From assembly GCA_037138355.1 (NCBI GenBank), contig JBAXIL010000030.1, positions 1 to 21,042 of the forward strand: 21,042 nucleotides of DNA, read 5' to 3'. The stretch comes from a bacterium. Lineage in GTDB: Bacteria; Oederibacteriota; PGYV01; Palsa-1178. A model generated the notes under the pieces. It searched no databases. It saw only the letters and a list, made by a program, of their open reading frames with translations, and was not told the origin of the DNA. This document shows positions 9,601-17,620 of this stretch, one piece after another; position 1 is the first letter of the stretch, and each line of letters begins with the position of its first letter. A program made the translations under genes and the position numbers.

Positions 9601-10132
9601 TATCAAACGATAAAGCTTTTTGTTTCATTATAAGCAAATATATAAACAAAGCAACTGCGATAGATAGCTCTAATATCGTAATATTCCAATTCCCTTGCTT
9701 AAGTGATAATTGACCAGCACCAAATATTACAAAATCAACAATAAATAAAAGCCATTTAGGAATTATAACATGTAGAGAAATTTTACCCATAGGCATAGAA
9801 ACCAAACTTGACAAAGAAAAGCTCTGTTTAGAATTCTTAGAATTGCTGTTTTTATTTTTTGAAGATTTTCTTGAATTAGAACCACTATTATTTACATTAT
9901 TCATCAAACTCGTTAGCGCTTTCAAGTCATCCAATTTATACTTTATTTCATTAACAATAATCTTTCCAGTCAAAAATATTTTCATATATAGATTCAAATA
10001 AATGATTATTCCAAGCACTATTGCCAAAATGGTAAAAATACCACCACTAATAAAATCTGCTTTTGCAAACATGAAAAACTGTCCTATTAAAAGAAAAAAA
10101 AGACTAACGCCAATCAAAATATTGCGTGTCAA
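6620..10132 (-). CDS. Large ArnT/PMT-like (GT39/GT83, GT-C fold) membrane glycosyltransferase with C-terminal PA14-like domains
   Basis: TTG start with GGAGG SD; many TM helices; FFRTYELGSVPFGIENDEA (R....L..P.G...DE motif), WNVHYGRFG; C-terminal YSVTWDG and GLYGKYF...WSGNIRIPEDGNYRF...LNKGMHRITI...LSW typical of PA14. Confidence 0.85.
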   Translation of the reverse strand: MTRNILIGVSLFFLLIGQFFMFAKADFISGGIFTILAIVLGIIIYLNLYMKIFLTGKIIVNEIKYKLDDLKALTSLMNNVNNSGSNSRKSSKNKNSNSKNSKQSFSLSSLVSMPMGKISLHVIIPKWLLFIVDFVIFGAGQLSLKQGNWNITILELSIAVALFIYLLIMKQKALSFDIVFNKMIQLLLTSGGLILMIFGWILLMNNGVFQQYWGVFYTSIGVFLAFLGLPQADLTEEIVKTEEQKSDILLQKPAWLNNYFVKAVFITVAVVLVLFGNNYIVVPEESMTGIYLYAVAIFFVFLAMPLFNFPEEYKENKVLDIIRLIAAGIAMFIAYLAQTNFATNNIQIAVIYYVIAAVIFIAFFPIYKKFETKDPADPFPIKVEIICFLIILAVAIFFRTYELGSVPFGIENDEAGGYVSHANGPLRSVGWFGIYFHIIQFLQVFISDHRIALKGMGVTVGIISIPALYFLLRFLFNVRTAIFGTMVFSVLRWNVHYGRFGQGAIFTPITEILVLYFLFVALEKRNKFIWFITGVAVGLAWHGVMTTWLIVIPITLYLLLKSLDIKGFFNKHFIGILAFVLGFWLFGSMIVRNLVIIDKVFLPRIYTVSVFGKDPNAPNKNVGAGIVQNTDLVLKMFNYKGDNRQRNSGGEPYEPTMDFVTGMFYAVGFLYALYYSKYYSFFVLVLIFFSQAAGSIFSIEAPSAMRALGTMIPAMIFIALIFDKIWQALCRVFGKKWEFVFLPLLLLIILFPIVKENYRQYFQRWVGGLDELQSSAGMYAKELGMNTRVILYTSIFYPGHPPYAIFRGEEKSNSTPNMTEAMSYFAKTDYEDNCSFFYNFDLAENIDNFKNVYFPECSIVDVDHKHFNKHGSDWKFFKAITVSKEQMEKIRGLDAKYNFIETKSTQSFKNEAPSYKASLDKMIPYSVTWDGGFMTPYYGDFRIINSGNASFEVWINGTKLEKEKYYSLPLGLHHIVIKTLRNSISEKLDLKLETRKRSGQQINLSESLPLQLNMFYNLPRIGLYGKYFAGDAWDMGEPPMYEYIDPFLWITGIPRDYVASQIWSGNIRIPEDGNYRFLTQSNGYVRTVLDGKYYSLENPSDPKAANANKYFYNKPMQKVDNFNLNKGMHRITIYSIYSVVMKLSWQKVGGNIVPVPMENITPEYPVTARR

Positions 10133-10161
10133 TTATGTTCCTCCAGTTAAGTATTTTAACC

Positions 10162-10190
10162 ATATTACACTTTTGTTTATTGCCTGTCAA
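10162..10190 (-). promoter_or_regulatory. Putative sigma70 promoter for the large GT-C and the NHL genes
   Basis: TTGACA (10190-10185), 17-bp spacer, TAATAT (10167-10162). Confidence 0.6.
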
Positions 10191-10192
10191 CA

Positions 10193-11344
10193 CTACAAAT
10201 GGTCCACATTATTAATAACACAGCATTTTGAGCATATAGGAAAAAGCTTGTTTGCTTTCATTTTCTTCCTAAACTCTATATACTCTTTTGAGTTCCATAT
10301 TTGTTTTAGAGATTTTTCCTTTATATTGCCAAGCTTGTAATCTATCATTGACAGATTCACACATGGGAACACTTCTCCATAAGGAGATATTACAGTTCTT
10401 GCCCATGGATATAGGCAGTGATCAACTTCATTATAGAATTCATCATAATAATTATTTATAGATTTTTCTGAAGGAAATATCATTTCCAAGCGGTGCTCAA
10501 TATTCTTCTTTTTCAACTTGTTTCTCTGGTCAATAAGAATACTTAAATCGATTGCCTTTATTTCATCCTTTAAATTATCCAAACTGCCTTGTCCTGTACC
10601 TTCGTATATTCCAAGTATTTTTTTACTTGTTTCAGTTAATTTTGAACTATTATAGGTTATTAACCCTACTCCCCAATTTTTGATACCTGCTCCCTTTATT
10701 ATTTCATGTAATTCACTTATTTGACCAACATTTATAGCTGAAATATATGTGGAAACAGACAGATTCGGGATTGTTTTTCCTTGTGCCTCAAGAGCTTTAA
10801 GATAACCAATACCTGCTATCATTTTTTGAAATGTTCCAACTTTATTTCTTACTACATCATGTATTTTTTCTGGACCATCTATTGAAAATGTAATACTTGC
10901 AATTTTAGAGTCAACTATTTTCTTTGCCACTTCTTCATTTAATAATGCGCCGTTTGTAATAAAGTTTACTAATATGCCATTATCATTAGCATATTTGCTT
11001 ATCTCAAATATTTTAGGATATATGAGTGGTTCGCCACCATGTATAGTCATAACTCTAATTTTCATTTTTTTCATATCGTCTATAAGACTGTATATCTGCT
11101 CAGTGGTAAGTTCATCTTTTGCCCTGTTGCGTATTAGTTCATGCGTATGTTCTACTTCATTTTCATTATAATAAAAACACATTTGACAATTTAAGTTACA
11201 CTTATAAGTAACAAGCAAAACAACAGATAGAGGATTTAATGCCCTGCCATTCATAAAATGATATGGTAACTTGCAGTAAAGATTTTCCACTACTCTCGCA
11301 ATAGCACTGTTTTTCATTAAAAGTTTTAATAATGATTTAATCAT
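10193..11344 (-). CDS. Radical SAM protein with SPASM/Twitch domain
   Basis: CNLNCQMC, GGEPL, ITNG, SIDG..HDVVR motifs; C-terminal CLYPW...ISPYGEVFPC...LGNIKEKSLKQIWNS...CSKCC. Start overlaps the upstream stop (ATGA at 11344-11341). Confidence 0.93.
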   Translation of the reverse strand: MIKSLLKLLMKNSAIARVVENLYCKLPYHFMNGRALNPLSVVLLVTYKCNLNCQMCFYYNENEVEHTHELIRNRAKDELTTEQIYSLIDDMKKMKIRVMTIHGGEPLIYPKIFEISKYANDNGILVNFITNGALLNEEVAKKIVDSKIASITFSIDGPEKIHDVVRNKVGTFQKMIAGIGYLKALEAQGKTIPNLSVSTYISAINVGQISELHEIIKGAGIKNWGVGLITYNSSKLTETSKKILGIYEGTGQGSLDNLKDEIKAIDLSILIDQRNKLKKKNIEHRLEMIFPSEKSINNYYDEFYNEVDHCLYPWARTVISPYGEVFPCVNLSMIDYKLGNIKEKSLKQIWNSKEYIEFRKKMKANKLFPICSKCCVINNVDHL

Positions 11345-12090
11345 TTTTTCACCGCTTTCATGACCAATACAGAACCAGAATTATAGCCACCCAAAATCAA
11401 ACTTAACATTTTTTGAAGTATATCATATTTAATAAATAGAAGTATATTAACAAAAAATCCATAATCACCCTTAATCATATGCGGTTCAAAAGTACCAATT
11501 TTAATAATTTCATAACCATTATTTTCTAAAACTTTTTTATAACTTTTTACAGTATGCATAGTTTCATTTGGGGTTGCCAAATTTTTCATTGTATTAAATG
11601 GCCAAATATTCTTTCTAATAAACTCTGAGAGTTTAACCACAGGTTGTGAGCCATTTGGTTCAACAAGCACGAGTGTGCCTTTTGGTTTTAAAATTAAACT
11701 CATACTTTTCATCACTGGTTCTAATTCTGGGAAATGATGCAAAACAGCAGGACAAAGAATATAGTCAAATTTCTTTTTAAACTTTTTCATATTTAGTAGG
11801 TCAACTTTAACTGCCCTGTATGTTGAGCCTTCCTTTTTTGCCATTTTATTAGCTATCTGAACAAGCTTGCCTGCTATATCTCCACCTGTTACGCTATAAC
11901 CCATAGTAGCAAGTCTCCTTCCAAAAGCACCTGTTCCACAACCTGCTTCAAAAATTGTTTTTTTCTTATCATTCTTTGAGAATCCCGATATATTCCACAT
12001 TTTTAGATAATCATTCTCAGGAAAAAAATCATAATCTCCGTTCGTGCCTTTTTCATTAAACATTTCTTCTTCTATTTTACTATTTTGCAT
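11341..12090 (-). CDS. Class I SAM-dependent methyltransferase
   Basis: FEAGCGTGAFG motif I, GGDI, FDYILCPAVLHHF, LKPKGTLVLVEPN. SD AAGGAG. Confidence 0.92.
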   Translation of the reverse strand: MQNSKIEEEMFNEKGTNGDYDFFPENDYLKMWNISGFSKNDKKKTIFEAGCGTGAFGRRLATMGYSVTGGDIAGKLVQIANKMAKKEGSTYRAVKVDLLNMKKFKKKFDYILCPAVLHHFPELEPVMKSMSLILKPKGTLVLVEPNGSQPVVKLSEFIRKNIWPFNTMKNLATPNETMHTVKSYKKVLENNGYEIIKIGTFEPHMIKGDYGFFVNILLFIKYDILQKMLSLILGGYNSGSVLVMKAVKK

Positions 12091-12124
12091 ATAGCTCCTT
12101 TATTATAAATTGATAGCAATACAG

Positions 12125-14911
12125 CTAATCAACCGGATAAAACCAATCATAAGGTGCAATTATAGGAACATCCATATTTGGGCTTTTTACATATACAGTA
12201 AGAGCTCTTGAACTAATAGGTACACCTTCAACAAGTTGAAACAATTCAATTTTTGCAGGTTTATCTTTTGTAAGAAATATATTTTTTGATATAATCGAAA
12301 CAGGATCTGACATATTTTCGAAAACCATAATACCATTAACTAATATCTTACATCTATTATATTTATTACCTGATATTTCATACTCCCCATCAACGGGCAC
12401 TCGCATATATGAAACTACTTTGAGCGAGAATGGAAGTTGCATAGACATACCATCATAAATTTTCCAATCAGGGCCAACTTGTCTATGTGAATAAGTAAAT
12501 GGCTTATCCCAATTGTTTGCACCTGGAGACTCATACATACGAACACCAAATTTTTCATTGATTCCTACCATGAGACCTCTTTCTACCATACTTATTGTTC
12601 CTTGTCTCACATCTAAAGGTAAATCACCCACAGCGTTTAAAGGAACTGTTCCAGAAAATTCTATAAAGTGTATTCCACTATCAAGTAACATACGATTTCC
12701 AAACTGTCGTTCTTTTCCATCTACCATTAGCTTCCAACCGCTCCATGGTAAATTGAAAATACATAGTTCCTGGTTATTACTGTCTGCTACTGAAAGCGGT
12801 GGAACTAACAATGCACCTTTTATTCTGATTTTCTTATTACTATATTTTTTAGAAAAATCAGACTTACCAAAAACACGCACTCGCTCAAATTTGCTATTAT
12901 CCATAACATAAAGCATGGTTTGAAAATCAACAATATCCTGTTTTGGAATAAAGACCGAAGATAGAAAAACATATGGAACAAATTTATCGACATATCTTCG
13001 TGCGTTTGAATTCATCTTTATCGTTTCAAAATATTCATCATTACCTTTTGGGTCAGTTTCACTATAAGTTTTTACTATAGCATTTGGGAAATATTTACTA
13101 TAAATACTAACAGCATCTGTATAAAATGGATCAATTAATAAAACATAATCATTCTGTACAGGAAAAACCATCATATCATCTATGTTCTTTTTCACATTCA
13201 GCTGAATATTTTTAGGTAAATATACTCCTGCTGCATCGGAGAAAATAAACAGTGGAGAAACATAAAATACTGCTTTTGGGTATTTTTTAATTTCTTTACC
13301 CATTAAATAAAATTGATGATTTTCCATTACAAGCAAAATAGGATTAGTACTCCACCTAAGAAAATCTTTAAAACTTGATTGAAAAGTCCAAAGTGAACAA
13401 ATAATTCCAATAGCCAAAATAAATATATAAAACTTTTTCTTTCCTAACTGGTAAAAAACACGAATTAATCGTTCAAAAGAAAAAGCACTCAATATAAATA
13501 TGATGGGAAATGCCATTATTGCTCTTGCAGAATTTGGTTGTGAAGGTCCACCACCCCCAAGCATTGATGGCATCATTCCACCAAAGAATAATATAAGTAA
13601 TGCAGCAGGAATTGGTTTCCAAAAAGCGAAAAAAGATAAAAATAGACCGGCAGAAAATAATACTATAGTGATTGGATTTAAAAGTGGTTCATAAGGCAGG
13701 TGCCACAAAATCTCGCTGGCACTCTTTGTGTATAACATTCCAGCAAACAATGGTACCCTGGACCATAAAAGTTGTATATAAGTTAAAATGCTTCCACCTC
13801 TACTTGGATTAACACTATTTACATAACCCCAGTATTGATCAGGTTTCGTGATCGCAAAATATATGACTGGCGATGCGACCAAAAGAAAACCAACCCAAAA
13901 TAGAATAAAATTTGATATTTTATGAAACATCTTTTGCCTTGTGATAAACATAATAATAAACCATCCAACAAAAAGCAGTATTACTCCTCTACCAGGAACA
14001 TATCCTTCAAGACTGAAACCACAAGCCAAACCAGCCGCCAAATACAAATACCATTTTGGTCTTTTACTTGCAGCTAAAATAATAGCAAGACACAATATAT
14101 GTGGTATGAACAAAAGTGTAACAACTGGAACAAAGAGTCTTGAAATAATAAGATGAGCGAGAAAAACCGAATACATCAATGAGGTTATTGCTGCCGATAA
14201 TGGAGAAGTTATTCGACGCGTCAAAAAGTAAAAAGATATTATTGAAATAACTCCAAAAATTCCATTACTGAATCTAAAAGTTGAAATATCCCAACCGAAA
14301 ATATTTGCAAAAAATATTCCTACATAATATGTAAAGGTCGGCCAATCTGTTCCCCCTCCAATGTGTGGCATATACGGCATGCCATTGGTTGAAAGTAACC
14401 TGCTATTTCCTAAAATCAGCCCTTCATTCCCACCGCCTACAGCAGGTAAATCTCCAAGATTATAAAACCGTAACCAAACCGAAATTGAAAACAAGGCAAG
14501 CACAAACCATGGCTCCCATTTTTGCATTGGTTGACTTTTTTCAGGTATTTCAAAATATTGAAAAAATTTCTCATTAATTGGTTTTGCTAAAAAGAGTAAA
14601 AACCCCGAACCTATATACAAGAACAAACTTATATTGGAGTAATCCTTTACGATTATTGTGCCTATGATAGATAAAATAAATCCCGCTGATGCCAAAAAAA
14701 CTGGTACCCATGTGCTATTTAGGTTAATCCCACTGGATCTTACTTCACTTGTGTTTTTTAATAGCTGCCAAGGTTTAAATAAAATTAATAATCCAATCAA
14801 AACGGATAACAAAATGATACTAATTCCTGGTGCAACATGACCAAGAAATATCATAACTTGACCAATTATCCATCCTACTAAAACCAAAACACCTATTATA
14901 ATTTTATTCAA
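12125..14911 (-). CDS. Second ArnT/PMT-like GT-C membrane glycosyltransferase with PA14-like C-terminal region
   Basis: WLRFYNLGDLP...NEG, HLIISRL, many TM helices, C-terminal YMRVPVDGEYEI...ILVNG. Start re-called to TTG at 14911, which has a GGAGG SD just upstream. The track's TTG at 14938 has no SD and sits at the predicted transcription start. Confidence 0.8.
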   Translation of the reverse strand: MNKIIIGVLVLVGWIIGQVMIFLGHVAPGISIILLSVLIGLLILFKPWQLLKNTSEVRSSGINLNSTWVPVFLASAGFILSIIGTIIVKDYSNISLFLYIGSGFLLFLAKPINEKFFQYFEIPEKSQPMQKWEPWFVLALFSISVWLRFYNLGDLPAVGGGNEGLILGNSRLLSTNGMPYMPHIGGGTDWPTFTYYVGIFFANIFGWDISTFRFSNGIFGVISIISFYFLTRRITSPLSAAITSLMYSVFLAHLIISRLFVPVVTLLFIPHILCLAIILAASKRPKWYLYLAAGLACGFSLEGYVPGRGVILLFVGWFIIMFITRQKMFHKISNFILFWVGFLLVASPVIYFAITKPDQYWGYVNSVNPSRGGSILTYIQLLWSRVPLFAGMLYTKSASEILWHLPYEPLLNPITIVLFSAGLFLSFFAFWKPIPAALLILFFGGMMPSMLGGGGPSQPNSARAIMAFPIIFILSAFSFERLIRVFYQLGKKKFYIFILAIGIICSLWTFQSSFKDFLRWSTNPILLVMENHQFYLMGKEIKKYPKAVFYVSPLFIFSDAAGVYLPKNIQLNVKKNIDDMMVFPVQNDYVLLIDPFYTDAVSIYSKYFPNAIVKTYSETDPKGNDEYFETIKMNSNARRYVDKFVPYVFLSSVFIPKQDIVDFQTMLYVMDNSKFERVRVFGKSDFSKKYSNKKIRIKGALLVPPLSVADSNNQELCIFNLPWSGWKLMVDGKERQFGNRMLLDSGIHFIEFSGTVPLNAVGDLPLDVRQGTISMVERGLMVGINEKFGVRMYESPGANNWDKPFTYSHRQVGPDWKIYDGMSMQLPFSLKVVSYMRVPVDGEYEISGNKYNRCKILVNGIMVFENMSDPVSIISKNIFLTKDKPAKIELFQLVEGVPISSRALTVYVKSPNMDVPIIAPYDWFYPVD

Positions 14912-14946
14912 GGTACCCTCCAAAATATTTTTTAACAATAAAATAA

Positions 14947-14975
14947 ATTATACATCCAATTTAACTATTATGCAA
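14947..14975 (-). promoter_or_regulatory. Putative sigma70 promoter for the GT-C / methyltransferase / radical SAM unit
   Basis: TTGCAT (14975-14970), 17-bp spacer, TATAAT (14952-14947). Confidence 0.6.
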
Positions 14976-14992
14976 CTTACAATAATACACTT

Positions 14993-15844
14993 TTATGTCT
15001 TTTTCCTTGCCACAACAAGACAACTTCCGCCAAAAAACATTTTCATTTTTCTTGATATAATCTTTAATTCAAAAGCTAATAGCGCATCAATAATGGTATT
15101 CACCAAAGACTGATTTGCTTTATGTTCACTTTGTCTTTCACCAAGAGATTTCTTCCTACGCTTACTAAAACCCAAAATATATGGAATTGTTCGCATTAAT
15201 AGTATCGGCAGCAAAAGAAAACCAAAAATATATGTACTATAAACTTCTTCATAACCAACTAAATCAAGTTTTAATTTTAGTGATTTCAATGTATATCTTC
15301 TAAAATGTCCTGCCTCAATGTCTTCATCCGACCACAAGAGTTTATACGCAGGTGTTGTTATAAATATATATCCGTTTTTCTCAGTGCATTCATACAAAGA
15401 TTTGATAAAAGCTATATCGTCTTCCACATGTTCTATGACATCAAAAAGCCCTACTGCATTTATCCGTTCACCTTTAAAATCTATATTTTGTACTGTAGAA
15501 CATATAATATTATTTACTCCTCGTTTTTTTGCATTTATAACTCCACTAATTCCAGGTTCTACAAGAACTGTCTCTATTCCAGCACTCTGCAATCCTTTTG
15601 AGACATAACCATTTCCACCGCCAACATCAAAAAAAACATCATTTTTGCCACAAAAACGATTGACTACCTCAATAATACAATTATTCCTGTGTTTAAACCA
15701 AAAACTTTCATCTTCAACTTTAAAAAAAATATCATTTCCGTATTCAGGATATGATATATCATCTCTTTTATGCATATAGTAAATGCCATTATCAAGCGTA
15801 AATCCACTTAAAACTTTATTTAAATTAATGATTAAAACCTCCAT
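14993..15844 (-). CDS. Class I SAM-dependent methyltransferase (type seen in sugar-modification clusters)
   Basis: VEDESFWFKHRN, FDVGGGNG, LFDVIEHVEDD, TTPAYKLLWSDEDIEAGHFRRYT. Start position uncertain. Confidence 0.9.
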   Translation of the reverse strand: MEVLIINLNKVLSGFTLDNGIYYMHKRDDISYPEYGNDIFFKVEDESFWFKHRNNCIIEVVNRFCGKNDVFFDVGGGNGYVSKGLQSAGIETVLVEPGISGVINAKKRGVNNIICSTVQNIDFKGERINAVGLFDVIEHVEDDIAFIKSLYECTEKNGYIFITTPAYKLLWSDEDIEAGHFRRYTLKSLKLKLDLVGYEEVYSTYIFGFLLLPILLMRTIPYILGFSKRRKKSLGERQSEHKANQSLVNTIIDALLAFELKIISRKMKMFFGGSCLVVARKKT

Positions 15845-15874
15845 CTAAAAATAATTCGTCCTTGAAAACATATA

Positions 15875-16804
15875 TTACTTAATATTGAATTTTTCTCTTA
15901 CAACATATTGAGGTATTTTATTTATACTGATAAACATTCTTCCTACATATTCGCCCAATATTCCAAGTTCAAAAAGCATTACTCCGCCAACAAAAGATAC
16001 CATAGATATGATAGCACTATATCCAACAGGCGTTGACGGATTGATAATTTTATTAATCACAGTGTATACTCCAAAGCACAAACCAAAAGTACCACCTATC
16101 GCTCCTAAAAAAGTAGCAACCCTTAATGGTTTTACCGAGAAATTAGTCATCCCGTCAATCCATAGTCCAAGGAGCTTTGTGAAAGTATAACCAGTCTTGC
16201 CAGAAATTCTTTTTCTGTCTTCACAAATAAAGTTTGAAATATTTCGTGTTATTGATAATATTAGACCCATGTTATACGGATATGGATTTTTATATTTAAT
16301 CATTTCATCAGATATATATTTCTTCATTACGAAGTAGCTTGAAAGTTCTATACCTTTTGGCATGTTCAACAATACCTGTAACATCTTTTGATTAAGCCAG
16401 CTACCAAAGTTTTTGAACATGGATTGTTTCTTTATTCCATAACAAGCAAATACAACATCAAATCCTTCATTCAATCTGTCAATCATTTGATAAAAGTTAT
16501 AAACTGGGGATTGTCCATCATCATCCAAACATATAACTATATCTCCGCCTGCAATTCCCTGCCCAGCCATAAGGGCTGACTGCTGTCCAAAATTTTTTGA
16601 CATTGACAATGCCTTTATACGAGAGTTTTTTAAACACAACTTTTTTATAACTTTTAATACATTATCTGGCGAACAATCATTGACAAGAATAATTTCATAG
16701 TCATATCCACGCCTCGCCTTGACTGATTTTATTATTTCTCCAACTACTTTATCGATTGTATGTTCAGAACCATAACATGGTATAACAAAAGAAAGTTTAA
16801 TCAT
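15875..16804 (-). CDS. GT2 polyprenyl-phosphate glycosyltransferase (ArnC/GtrB-like)
   Basis: SFVIPCY, EIILVNDCSPD, KNFGQQSALMAG, LDDDGQ, NFSVKPLR, two C-terminal TM helices, LGILGEYVGR. SD AGGAGG. Confidence 0.93.
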   Translation of the reverse strand: MIKLSFVIPCYGSEHTIDKVVGEIIKSVKARRGYDYEIILVNDCSPDNVLKVIKKLCLKNSRIKALSMSKNFGQQSALMAGQGIAGGDIVICLDDDGQSPVYNFYQMIDRLNEGFDVVFACYGIKKQSMFKNFGSWLNQKMLQVLLNMPKGIELSSYFVMKKYISDEMIKYKNPYPYNMGLILSITRNISNFICEDRKRISGKTGYTFTKLLGLWIDGMTNFSVKPLRVATFLGAIGGTFGLCFGVYTVINKIINPSTPVGYSAIISMVSFVGGVMLFELGILGEYVGRMFISINKIPQYVVREKFNIK

Positions 16805-16843
16805 TTAATCCTCCTAATTAATATACTGATATTTTTAATAACC

Positions 16844-17578
16844 CTAATCAATCCAACAGTGAAGCGTTATGAAAGAATCAAAAGGCTTAAAACCAGAATT
16901 TATATATGATCGGACTGCTGGAAAATTACTTGCAATACAACTGTACTCCTCCCAAGCAAGCCCAACTGCTTTTCCCCAAGATAATGCATAATTAATTATT
17001 GCAGGATATATTCCAGCACCTCTATGTTAAACTGATACTGCACCAAGGCCACAAACCCCATGTAACAAAGCTCCGACGCCAACAGTATTAAATGTTGCAA
17101 AACCTGCAATTTTATTGTCTATCTGTGCTACAAATATTTTTTTTGCAACCTTGTCGTCAAGACAGCTTCTACGAGCCCAATCTCTATAAATCTCTGCACA
17201 TTTTAACCTGTCTAACCGTAAGTCCGCAAAATAATGACCATAATTATCAAATGCATTTCCAGCTATATTTACTATCTCTTCAGTATCAGCTTGAGTATGT
17301 TCGCGTAATGTTATTGATTTATCGACTGGTATTTTTATAATTGGGAACTTGCCAATTTCATATTTAAAAGTCTGTTGCGTGTCCATAATACGGAACCCAT
17401 TGTCTTCCATTTCATTTAACTTAATTGTATCTGAACTTTTTGCGCGTCCAATAACCATCTTAACATTATCTTTCTTTAAGGTCTGAAGCAATTCAGCCAA
17501 AGGCATATTAAAGTCTTCAATTTTGGCTATCTTAAAGCCGAAACGCGCCGTATCAATCTCACTAATATATTGTTTCAC
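16844..17578 (-). pseudogene. WecD/RffC-like GNAT acetyltransferase interrupted by a single in-frame TAA (17029-17027)
   Basis: After ...GLGAVSV* the same frame continues for 60 aa, HRGAGIYPAII...SNFPAVRSYINSGF...ITLHCWID*, ending at TAG 16846-16844 and restoring GNAT motifs A and B. Full length would be 244 codons. The N-terminal part has WecD-like DTARFG and HYFADLRL...IYRDW. Confidence 0.8.
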
Positions 17579-17620
17579 ACTTTATCTCCCTTAAAAAGGA
17601 ATACAATAATTCACAATAAA

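Noticed and set aside
14912..14938. Track start (TTG 14938) for the second GT-C
   Set aside because: It has no SD and coincides with the predicted transcription start. TTG 14911 has a GGAGG SD.
17027..17029. Stop-codon reassignment or Sec/Pyl readthrough to explain the in-frame stop
   Set aside because: The codon is TAA, which ends many other genes here. TGA and TAG are also used as normal stops, so the standard code fits.
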